From positions 39,751 to 103,750 of the forward strand of contig JBEKXL010000007.1 in the NCBI GenBank assembly GCA_049512075.1: 64,000 bases of DNA. The letters run 5' to 3'. The notes under the pieces were generated by a model that was not told the DNA's origin, made no database searches, and was given only the letters and a program-made list of their open reading frames with translations. A program made the position numbers and the translations under genes. The stretch's first letter is position 1. Each line of letters begins with the position of its first letter. Shown one piece after another: positions 38,215 to 46,865 of the stretch. This DNA comes from Candidatus Bathyarchaeia archaeon. Lineage in GTDB: Archaea > Thermoproteota > Bathyarchaeia > Bathyarchaeales > Bathycorpusculaceae.

Positions 38215-39672
38215 ATGGCAGGAAGGTTCCTAAGCCTATTCAAGCCCGTTGCGAGGGCTCTTCCAGAGATAAAGGCACCAGAGCGTAGGGTTCGATTCAA
38301 CGAGAAACTCTTTTGGACAGCGCTGGTTTTGGTAATCTTCTTGGTGATGTCCGAGGTTCCGTTGTACGGCGCTAGCAGCACCGCGTTAGGACAGCTTACG
38401 GCTCTCAGAGTGATTTTTGCTTCAACCCGAGGCACCCTTATGGAGCTTGGAATCGGCCCAATAGTCACCGGCGGGCTGATACTGCAACTTCTGATAGGAT
38501 CCGACATGATAGAAGCCGATATGAACAATCCTGAAGACAGGGGCTTGTTTACCACAGCTAACAAAGTATTCGCCATAGCCCTTACTGGTATCCAGGCTTC
38601 AGCCTACATAATTGGGGGAATGTATGGCACACTAGCTGGCACGGCGGCCATACTCATCTTCATGCAACTAATGGCATCTGGAGTTATGGTCCTGCTCATG
38701 GATGAACTTGTCCAGAAGGGATGGGGATTCGGGAGTGGAATAAGCTTGTTCATAATGGCGGGGGTTGCTCAGAAGGTTTTCTTGGACTGTTTCTACGCCA
38801 GCCCATCAGTGGACAATTTTGGAAGTTCAGGAGTCTTCATTGCGCTTGCTCAAACATTAGCAAATCCCAAGATTTCCGTGTTGGGAATTATAGCAAGATT
38901 ACCAGCAACGGCCCAAGGAACGCAATATCCTTCGATAGTCGGATTCCTAGCCACCGTCGGTGCCTTTCTCGTCGTAATCTACATGGAAGGAGTGAGGGTG
39001 GAATTGCCGCTATCTTATGCTGGTTACAAAGGATACAGGAGCAGGTACCCGATAAAGCTGCTTTACGTGTCAAACCTTCCAGTGATTTTTGCATCAGCCC
39101 TCTTTGCCAACGTCTATTTCTTCTCCCAGATCTTGTGGAACTCGTACAATAGCAACAATTCCAACTTCTGGCTTAATCTCCTCGGTCAATTTACTCGTTA
39201 CACTCCCTCAGGTTCAACAACACAGCAGATTATTCCGTCCGGTGGGCTCGTATACTACGTGACCGCTCCTCGCAACTTCCTACAGATCATGGGCAATCCG
39301 GGTCAAGCCTTCGGTTACCTTGGAATTCTCGTCGTCTTCTGTGTTGTATTCTCGCTCACGTGGCTTGAAGTCGGCGGTTTAGGGCCTTCAACAGTTGCCC
39401 AGCAGCTCGTAGATTCGGGCATGCAGATTCCAGGATACAGGCGGTCTGGAAAAGCTATTGAATCAATCCTTAAACGGTACATCCCAGTGGTCACTGTCAT
39501 CGGAGGAATAATCGTAGGACTCGTTGCAGGTATAACGGACTTTTTCGGTGTTTTCGGTTCAGGCATGGGTATCCTACTCTCTGTGGGCATAATCTATCAG
39601 TATTATGAAACGTTGATGCAGGAAAGAGCAACTGAAATGTATCCCGCGTTCAGGCGGATATTTGGAGAATAA
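38215..39672 (+). CDS. secY: Preprotein translocase SecY
   Basis: GTLMELGIGPIVT, GSGISLFI, YPIKLLYVSNLP, GMQIPGYR. Confidence 0.97.
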   Translation: MAGRFLSLFKPVARALPEIKAPERRVRFNEKLFWTALVLVIFLVMSEVPLYGASSTALGQLTALRVIFASTRGTLMELGIGPIVTGGLILQLLIGSDMIEADMNNPEDRGLFTTANKVFAIALTGIQASAYIIGGMYGTLAGTAAILIFMQLMASGVMVLLMDELVQKGWGFGSGISLFIMAGVAQKVFLDCFYASPSVDNFGSSGVFIALAQTLANPKISVLGIIARLPATAQGTQYPSIVGFLATVGAFLVVIYMEGVRVELPLSYAGYKGYRSRYPIKLLYVSNLPVIFASALFANVYFFSQILWNSYNSNNSNFWLNLLGQFTRYTPSGSTTQQIIPSGGLVYYVTAPRNFLQIMGNPGQAFGYLGILVVFCVVFSLTWLEVGGLGPSTVAQQLVDSGMQIPGYRRSGKAIESILKRYIPVVTVIGGIIVGLVAGITDFFGVFGSGMGILLSVGIIYQYYETLMQERATEMYPAFRRIFGE

Positions 39673-39675
39673 TCC

Positions 39676-39753
39676 ATGAACAGAACCATAACAGTGACTG
39701 GTATCGCGGGAACTGGAAAGACCGCGCGCGCTAAGGCCTTGGAGGTTGCATAG
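39676..39753 (+). pseudogene. adkA: Adenylate kinase remnant (P-loop only)
   Basis: MNRTITVTGIAGTGKT-ARAKALEVA* at the syntenic adkA position between secY and DUF106. Confidence 0.75.
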
Positions 39754-39755
39754 GT

Positions 39756-40256
39756 ATGTTTCAAGCCTTTCTTAGCATTCCACTCAACAATATTCCTTTC
39801 TCGACGGTTTTCATACTCAGTCTGTCCGCAGCGATTTCTTTGCTTACAACGTTGGTTAACAGGCGTTTTACGAATCCTGAGAAATCAAGAGCTTGGAGGA
39901 AGGAGATTTCGGATTGGAACAAAGATCTTCGCACTGCACGGGGGAGTAAAGACAAGAAAACTCTGGAGAAGGTCATGAAGAAGCAACAGTATATTATGCA
40001 GCTTCAGTCCAAGATGATGTGGCAATCGATGAAAATCTCGCTTCTGTTTCTGGTACCGCTTTTCCTAATGTGGCAGATTCTGGGGGGTTTCTACGGGCCA
40101 GCGGCAATTGCGTATCTGCCGGGCATAGGAAATCAGCTGGTACTGCCGATTCTTAATATCGCCTTTTCTTCCCTCTTCTGGTGGTATTTGCTGTGTAGCC
40201 TTCTTTTCGGAACGGCGTTTCAGCATGTATTCAGGCTGATTGAGGTGAGTGAATAA
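39756..40256 (+). CDS. DUF106 / EMC3-TMCO1 (Oxa1 superfamily) membrane protein
   Basis: TM - coiled coil - TM, WWYLLCS; conserved position downstream of secY/adk. Confidence 0.88.
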   Translation: MFQAFLSIPLNNIPFSTVFILSLSAAISLLTTLVNRRFTNPEKSRAWRKEISDWNKDLRTARGSKDKKTLEKVMKKQQYIMQLQSKMMWQSMKISLLFLVPLFLMWQILGGFYGPAAIAYLPGIGNQLVLPILNIAFSSLFWWYLLCSLLFGTAFQHVFRLIEVSE

Positions 40257-40257
40257 A

Positions 40258-40527
40258 ATGCCAAGACCAAGTTTACGTACAAGGAGCAAGAGACGAATCC
40301 ACAAGACTCTGCCGGGCGGAAACAGAACTACAGATTACAGAGGAAGGACTGCTACCCCGTCATGTTGCAGCCTTTGTGGCCGACAGTTGACGGGTGTCTC
40401 GAACACTTCACCGTGTAAAACGCGCAAACTTAATCGGGGAAAGAGGAGAATCTGGCGTTTGAACGGCGGCCAACTGTGCCACGACTGTCTCAAAACAGCC
40501 CTTAAACAAGCCGCCAGAACGCTCTAA
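40258..40527 (+). CDS. rpl34e: 50S ribosomal protein L34e
   Basis: MPRP..R.RS, PGG, CSLCG, GGQLCHDC. Confidence 0.88.
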   Translation: MPRPSLRTRSKRRIHKTLPGGNRTTDYRGRTATPSCCSLCGRQLTGVSNTSPCKTRKLNRGKRRIWRLNGGQLCHDCLKTALKQAARTL

Positions 40528-40553
40528 AAGAGAATCCTTCCGAAGGCAACCCG

Positions 40554-41159
40554 ATGCTCTCACCTGAAAAAGGGAGGAGGAAGATTAGACAACCAATGGT
40601 TATCTGCATTGGAGGGATGGCCGGCAGTGGAAAAAGCACCGTGGCAAGAAAACTTGCTGAGAAATACAAACTTGAGTATCTTTCAGGCGGAGACGCGTTA
40701 AAGGCCTTAGCAGTGGAAGAAGGTTACAAATCCCTCGGGCCAGGGTGGTGGGAAAGCAGAGAAGGGATGCGATTTTTGGAAGAAAGAGAGAAGGATCACA
40801 GGTTCGATGAAGCAGTTGACAGAAAGCTTTTGCAGATGGCGCGCAAAGGCAACGTAGTCTTGGACAGCTGGACCATGCCATGGCTGTTTGAAGGTGCTTT
40901 CAAGATGTGGTTGGAGGCCTCTATGGAAAAGAGGGCGGAGAGAATAGCTGGAAGAGACAGAATAGGCTTTGAGGAAGCTTTGAACGCTTTGAAGCGCAAG
41001 GAAAAACAGACAAAAGCGATATACAAAGAACTCTACGGTTTCAATCTGGGAGAAGACTTCGCGCCTTTCAATTTTATCTTGGACACGAACAATCTGAAAA
41101 GCGAGGAAGTTTTCCGGATCGTATGCATGGTAATGGACAACGTCGTCTTCAAGTCGTAA
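40554..41159 (+). CDS. cmk: Cytidylate kinase (archaeal type)
   Basis: GMAGSGKST P-loop, RAERIAGRD, YKELYG; operon position. Confidence 0.9.
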   Translation: MLSPEKGRRKIRQPMVICIGGMAGSGKSTVARKLAEKYKLEYLSGGDALKALAVEEGYKSLGPGWWESREGMRFLEEREKDHRFDEAVDRKLLQMARKGNVVLDSWTMPWLFEGAFKMWLEASMEKRAERIAGRDRIGFEEALNALKRKEKQTKAIYKELYGFNLGEDFAPFNFILDTNNLKSEEVFRIVCMVMDNVVFKS

Positions 41160-41624
41160 AACTGTCGAAAACTTCGGATAGAGAGATTATTTCCGACACA
41201 AAACGATACTTGCTGGAAAAAGAAGGGAAAAACGTGACTGCGTAGGAGTTTTGGCTCATGAACCAATTGCGATGGACGACAAAAAAACTCGATTCTGGTC
41301 CGCCCACATCTTTTTAGGATAATCAGTCCCCGCAGTTTTCTCTTGGCGACTTTCTTTCGCACGGCAGTTTACAGCTTCATCGGAAATTTCTGACAGTTCA
41401 TTGATGTCGAGCTTAAGTCTAGCTGGACGACAGGACTAGGGTAAATCGGCTGCTCTCATTGCTTGCCTTACCCTCTTGCACAACATTCCAATATGTACCA
41501 AAACTCTCGTGGGTGTGCTCATTTCAAACAGCCTCCGGAAGAAATAGTGCACTCTGGACGCAACAATTCTTTCTGGTGATGGAAAAAGTCATATTACGAC
41601 TTTCTTCACTCTTAAAGTACTTCT

Positions 41625-41759
41625 TCATGTTGAAGTCTGGTTATGTCGCTCTATGTCTTCAAGTTCAATCGCGTCGCGCAATTTCTGAAGAATTTCGGGG
41701 TCGGGCTTCTCTTCTACAGAATGTTCAAGGTCACGAAGCTCTAAAAACGTCCTCCGCAT
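41625..41759 (-). CDS. Putative small protein (44 aa)
   Basis: MRRTFLELRDLEHSVEEKPDPEILQKLRDAIELEDIERHNQTST*; TATATATA about 29 nt upstream (leaderless-type spacing). Confidence 0.4.
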   Translation of the reverse strand: MRRTFLELRDLEHSVEEKPDPEILQKLRDAIELEDIERHNQTST

Positions 41760-42367
41760 CTCGGAAGTTGTCTCTGTTTTGAATCTCTATATATAGCTTG
41801 CGCAGCGTAATCTCCCTGCGAAAGCCTTTTTTTGGTATTTCGCACTTGATATTCAGTTTTCGAAGAGGTCGGTCAATTCTTTTGACTTTGTAGGAGTTTC
41901 ACGACCATGCCACAAGACTTCACACTGTGACGCTGGTTAGAAAAAGCAAGTGGGTTGAGTTTTTCCTTCTTCCCTAAGTCGGAAATATCGACTCCTGAGC
42001 GAGCAAGTACTCAGTTTCTCAATTTCTTAATTCAGTGAGATGAGAAAGTGGGACCGCTCGCTCACTCAAGAAACTGGCTTTGAGAAACTGACATATTGAG
42101 AAAGTTACGATGTTTCATACACTCCATAAACCTTGGACTTGTTCAGTCCCTCCAGCTTCAAGGTTCCAGGGTACTCTGTCGATTGTGGTTTTTGACGACG
42201 ATTGTTTCTGCAAAGCTTCTTGTATCTCTTTCAGTTTCTTCGGTTGACTCTTGGTGAGTTCGCGTGCGAGACCATTGTGCCCACCAAATATCATGTGGAA
42301 TTGGCTTCTTTGGAGAAAAGTGAGGAGACTGGGGCGGATTTGGCTGTCGTTAAGAAGGTCGCGAACA

Positions 42368-43450
42368 TCATTTCCGTCCTGCTAAATCTAGAACCCTGCC
42401 TGGTTTCTTTTTCAAGAATAGTGCTGCGCTTCTCCATCTGTCGGCCGCTACTTGCAGGTTGCCCGCAACCGTTCCGTGGAGAGAATAAAAAATGTAACAG
42501 AGATATGTGCATTGCGTACAGTTGCCGTAGCGATGTCTTAGATCGTCGAATTTGTCGCTGTTCCAGAGATAGGGGAGGTCATCAATTGATGCTACTGGAT
42601 CGTGAAGATGGCAACCGGCAACCCTGCCAAGATTGTCTATCATGAGGAAGTTTTGAAGCGCGTGACATCTCCATGTCCTTTTGTTCTCCGAGTAGAGGGT
42701 TTTTACGACCTTGAGTATTCTGTTTGTGATGAGGATCTGACCGTTTTTCCTTTTGAGCGCGGCGAGAGAGTCGCACAGGTTAGCCATGGCTTTTCTGTCT
42801 GTTATCACAAATTCGTCGTTTTGTTTTCCAATCTTGAATAGTTGATCTCGTTTTTCCGAAGGATCGAAAGAGTAGAGGCTGTACCACACTGGGATTTTCC
42901 TTGCCAGAAAGTAGTTGGTGATGTCAGTTATTTCGTACAGATTGAGCTGCGAAATGGTTGGTGCTACGCCCACACGAATTCCTTCTTCGCTCAGTTTTTC
43001 AACTGCTTGCATTGCTTTCTTTAATGCGCCTGGAACGCCCCTGATGTAGTCATTTTTTCTAGGGTCCAAGCTGTCTATAGAAATTGCGACGAAGTCAGCG
43101 TGGCGCAGTGCATCAGTTTTCTGGGCGGCCATGCTTCCGTTGTCGTACACTGTTGTAATGAACAATCGTGAAGAATACTCTATTATCTCGCCGATGTCTT
43201 CTCTCAGAAGGGGGTTTCCACCAGAAAGCACAATTTCTACGACGCCAAGTTCTTTGAGGATGTCTAATCCTTTCTTGATTTCTCTGGTTGGCAGTTCTGT
43301 TGCGTCCTGTTCCTGCCAAACGTTGCATCCTCTGCAGCGGTAGTTGCATCTCCTTGTGAGCATCCATTGAGCGTGATGAGGTCTGTTGGGGGTTAATGAA
43401 CGGACGATAATGCCTCTGGCTTTCTCCATCGTCGTCATCAGCGAACGCAC
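42368..43450 (-). CDS. Radical SAM protein with C-terminal SPASM/twitch-like Cys cluster
   Basis: CNYRCRGC, SGGNPLLR, C...G.V.GC...CTQCTYLC. Confidence 0.85.
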   Translation of the reverse strand: MRSLMTTMEKARGIIVRSLTPNRPHHAQWMLTRRCNYRCRGCNVWQEQDATELPTREIKKGLDILKELGVVEIVLSGGNPLLREDIGEIIEYSSRLFITTVYDNGSMAAQKTDALRHADFVAISIDSLDPRKNDYIRGVPGALKKAMQAVEKLSEEGIRVGVAPTISQLNLYEITDITNYFLARKIPVWYSLYSFDPSEKRDQLFKIGKQNDEFVITDRKAMANLCDSLAALKRKNGQILITNRILKVVKTLYSENKRTWRCHALQNFLMIDNLGRVAGCHLHDPVASIDDLPYLWNSDKFDDLRHRYGNCTQCTYLCYIFYSLHGTVAGNLQVAADRWRSAALFLKKKPGRVLDLAGRK

Positions 43451-43677
43451 GTACCTATTGAATCATGGTTTCAACTTGTTTTATATAAGTTTCTGATAAC
43501 TCATTAAACAAACAGGGAGCAGAATGCGAAAGCAGTAGTAGGCCGCGCTAGGCAAGCTGTGCTGGTTGAGGAGTGAATCGGATCCTATCTTGAGATAGAC
43601 ATTTATTCTATGAGCGATTCAGAATGGTTTGTTTCAACTTAGGTCTAAGAATACCCTCAATGAACGAGAGAGTGACC

Positions 43678-44415
43678 ATGATGAAGCCTGTGGACGTTGT
43701 GATACTCACGAAGAATAGTGAGAGACTGTTGAGGGAGTGTATCGATTCTGTTTACAGAAACGTGCCCGTCAACAACCTGATTGTTGTTGATGGTTACTCC
43801 AATGACGGTACCATGCAGATAGTGAAGGAGTTCCAGGAGAAGCATGGGAATGTCATTCTTGTTCAGGACAAGGGAACCCGCGGTAGCGCTAGACAGAAAG
43901 CAATGAACGAGGTGAAGAGTGATTGGTTCATGTTTGTCGACAGCGATGTCATTCTGTCTGAGAACTGGTTTGCTAAAGCGGAAAAACTGATAAAAGATGA
44001 CATAGGCGCGATTTGGGGAATCGAAATCTGGTCTGTACTGAGAAAAATGAAGATTCTGAAGCTTTTTGAAAGGGTTACGTTGAAAATATTTGAAAAGAGA
44101 GGTGGCACACACGATTTGTTGGTTCGACGCAAAGCCGTTGAAGGCATCCAAGTGCCCTTTCACTTGCACACTTACGAAGATGCGTACATCAAATCATGGA
44201 TTTGTGAAAAAGGCTATAAAGTAATCGGGGTCTATGAGCCGTACTGCTTTCATTTTCGACCAAATGCTGTGTGGACTGTCAGACAGAACATCAGCTTCAT
44301 AGTAAGTGATATCAAGTTCGCTGCTCGCCACCCTTCACTTCTGCTTTCATACGGATTCTACACAAGTATCGTCATGTATCAAATCGTGTCACATAAGTGC
44401 AAGCTGGTAAATTGA
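43678..44415 (+). CDS. Glycosyltransferase family 2
   Basis: VVDGYSNDGT, FVDSD (DxD), ED motif. Confidence 0.88.
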   Translation: MMKPVDVVILTKNSERLLRECIDSVYRNVPVNNLIVVDGYSNDGTMQIVKEFQEKHGNVILVQDKGTRGSARQKAMNEVKSDWFMFVDSDVILSENWFAKAEKLIKDDIGAIWGIEIWSVLRKMKILKLFERVTLKIFEKRGGTHDLLVRRKAVEGIQVPFHLHTYEDAYIKSWICEKGYKVIGVYEPYCFHFRPNAVWTVRQNISFIVSDIKFAARHPSLLLSYGFYTSIVMYQIVSHKCKLVN

Positions 44416-44427
44416 CAGCATGTCAGG

Positions 44428-45447
44428 CTAGGGAGTCGGAGAGCGTCTTAAGGCCTGCCAAAGCTGGTCAGCCACAGGTCTCACCAGAACTCCTGTCTTC
44501 CCATTTTCACGTATTATCAGTCGCTTTTCTGGTGAAGGAAGAAACTCTCCTATAGTCTCTGCGTGAATCATGTTTTTCCTCAGAGTCTCTATGATCTCTT
44601 CAGCGAATGCCGGTTCGGCAGCAATTAGCAGGCTGCCTGAGGCTATTAGTTGAAGGGGGTCTATTCGATAGAAATCGCATATCCTCGCAGTTTCGGGTTC
44701 CACTCTTATCTTTTCGCGGAAGACTCTCACGCCTAGGTTTGATGCGTCTGCCATCTCATGTACTGCTCCTGTTATGCCTCCCTCTGTTGGGTCATGCATG
44801 GCGTGTACACCTCCCGTTTCAAAGGCTGTTATTGCGTCTTTCACGACGCTGATTTGCCTGTAAAATTGTTTTGCACTTTTTATCGTTGTAGCACTCAGTG
44901 TTTTTTTCAGTTGCTTTTCTCGGTCCGACGCAAGAATAGCAGTGCCTTCGATTGCTGCACTCTTGGTTAGAATCAGTTTGTCGTTGGGTTTAGCTCCTCC
45001 GGCAGTTACGTATTTTCCCTTTTCTGTTATGCCTATCATACAGCCTACTACTATCGGGTTTTCTAGTCCTGGAGTTGTCTCACAGTGTCCTCCGACAATG
45101 GCGATTCGTAGTTCTCTTGCAGCTCGGCTCATTTGAACGCTAATGGTTTCAACGATTTTCTCATGAGCATTTTCAGGAAGCAGAATGCATGAGAGGAAGA
45201 ATGCAGGCTCGACGCCGAAAGTGGCAACATCATTCGCGTTGATGTTCACGGCAAGCCAGCCGATACGCTCTGTTGCTCCAGTTATGGGGTCCATGGAAGC
45301 AATCAAGAATTTGCTACCAATGTTGATAACTGTGCCATCTATCCCTGCTGAGGGACCTAAAACCACTTCGTCACGCATGAAACCTAGGTTCTTGAACACT
45401 ACTTCTTTCAACAGATCCACGGGGATTTTCCCAGGTGGCAGTTCCAT
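44428..45447 (-). CDS. AIR synthase (PurM/HypE/ThiL) superfamily protein
   Basis: DPITG, NANDVA, IVGGH, MHDPTEGG; lacks the HypE C-terminal PRIC. Confidence 0.85.
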   Translation of the reverse strand: MELPPGKIPVDLLKEVVFKNLGFMRDEVVLGPSAGIDGTVINIGSKFLIASMDPITGATERIGWLAVNINANDVATFGVEPAFFLSCILLPENAHEKIVETISVQMSRAARELRIAIVGGHCETTPGLENPIVVGCMIGITEKGKYVTAGGAKPNDKLILTKSAAIEGTAILASDREKQLKKTLSATTIKSAKQFYRQISVVKDAITAFETGGVHAMHDPTEGGITGAVHEMADASNLGVRVFREKIRVEPETARICDFYRIDPLQLIASGSLLIAAEPAFAEEIIETLRKNMIHAETIGEFLPSPEKRLIIRENGKTGVLVRPVADQLWQALRRSPTP

Positions 45448-45459
45448 TTTGAGCCCTTC

Positions 45460-46212
45460 TCAACCAGTTGCTGTTGTTCGAGTCCTAAGCTGTGGGAGAC
45501 TGTTCAGGACGATTCTCACGATGGGTAATGCGACAATTAGACCTATCATCATTTGACCTAGGTTTACTGGAATTTCGACTGCGGCAGTTGCGTCGCCGAG
45601 TACGAGTCGTTCGTACAGGAAGTATCCAGCAACCATCTCTAATCCCCCTATCATTATTGAAAGAATCGCTTGACCTGTTTCCTGTTGAGCTTTGAACCCC
45701 ATGTACATGATGAGTAGGGCAGCAATGGCTCCGGCGAGATACCACAATGCGAAGGGAACGGAGACAACGAAGTTGGGCGATGATGGTGGAGGCTGGCCAA
45801 GGTATAGTTGGATTTGCCCATAATAGAGGGAGCCCGTCACTGCAAGCAACATACCCACAATTACTCCCAGAAACACTGTGAACATTCTCCAATGAGATTT
45901 TGAGGTCTTCCTGAAGGTTCTGTTCAAGAGTCCCACGATAGCTCCCTCGCAACCCTTTACAATCAACGTTCCAGGTGCGAATTGAGCAGCTACAATCATG
46001 TCTGATATTGATGCGCCGACGCCACCTGCAAAGGCACCCACGCGCGGGCCGAAAAGCAGTGCAGCGATGTAGATTACTATCTCACCCACATTGAAATATC
46101 CGCCTGTTGCGGGAACGCCAAGCGTGAGAACCAGCGTCGTTACACATGTGAGAGCGGCGAAAACAGCAGCGATTGCGAGTTGGACGAATCTTGAGGAATC
46201 TTGTGATTTCAT
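45460..46212 (-). CDS. ECF transporter substrate-binding S component
   Basis: PATGGYFNVGE, GGVGASISD, APGTLIVKG.EG, MVAGYFLYE. Confidence 0.85.
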   Translation of the reverse strand: MKSQDSSRFVQLAIAAVFAALTCVTTLVLTLGVPATGGYFNVGEIVIYIAALLFGPRVGAFAGGVGASISDMIVAAQFAPGTLIVKGCEGAIVGLLNRTFRKTSKSHWRMFTVFLGVIVGMLLAVTGSLYYGQIQLYLGQPPPSSPNFVVSVPFALWYLAGAIAALLIMYMGFKAQQETGQAILSIMIGGLEMVAGYFLYERLVLGDATAAVEIPVNLGQMMIGLIVALPIVRIVLNSLPQLRTRTTATG

Positions 46213-46376
46213 GCCGAACCCTGCTAGAGTAGTATAATGATCGTCATGCTGTCTTTAGGTTTTCGCAGAATTGTTGCTGAAACATGTGAGCTTGAAGATT
46301 CTACAGGCAATCTGAAATGGGAAAGCCTAAATGCAAGTCTCGCGATGTTAGGTAGCGAAGTTTGGAGTTGACCCTC

Positions 46377-46760
46377 ATGAGTGAGGACAAGATCAGAGAA
46401 GATCCCGTTAGGTTGCATAAGCAAGCAAATACACTTTTTGAAGGTGGCAAGTACAAGGAGGCCATGGAGATCTTTGAAAGGACTGCTGAATTGTACTACA
46501 AGGTGCAGAACTTTTTTGATTCCACATCGATGTGTTATAAGGCTGGTGAATGTGCGTTTGCGCTCAAGAATTATGAGAAGGCTGCTGAGCTTTTCACGAA
46601 GTCAGCTGATTTGTCTTTCCAGAAGGGATTTGACAGGTTCGGGGTCAGCGCGCTAGAATATGCAAGAGACAGTTACAAGGCTATGGACAAGAAGGCTAAG
46701 GTTAAAGAACTGGAGAAGAAGATAAAAGAGGTTAAAGAGAAGCTGGAAGCTTCCTTCTAG
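46377..46760 (+). CDS. TPR/SNAP-like helical repeat protein
   Basis: Repeated A..Y/F..AA..Y helices (YKEAMEIFERTAELY, YEKAAELFTKSADL). Confidence 0.7.
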   Translation: MSEDKIREDPVRLHKQANTLFEGGKYKEAMEIFERTAELYYKVQNFFDSTSMCYKAGECAFALKNYEKAAELFTKSADLSFQKGFDRFGVSALEYARDSYKAMDKKAKVKELEKKIKEVKEKLEASF

Positions 46761-46865
46761 GTCACAAACGTCAGTAGTCCATCGCTCTTTTTTCGCGTGA
46801 TCGATTAACGCTTATCTCTTCAGCGGCGCAATCTAGAAATTGAGTTTAACATTAAGGCTGAAGTT

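Noticed and set aside
42368-43450. Radical SAM/SPASM protein as a RiPP maturase
   Set aside because: No convincing precursor, RRE domain, peptidase or exporter; the neighbouring GT2 suggests envelope or lipid chemistry instead.
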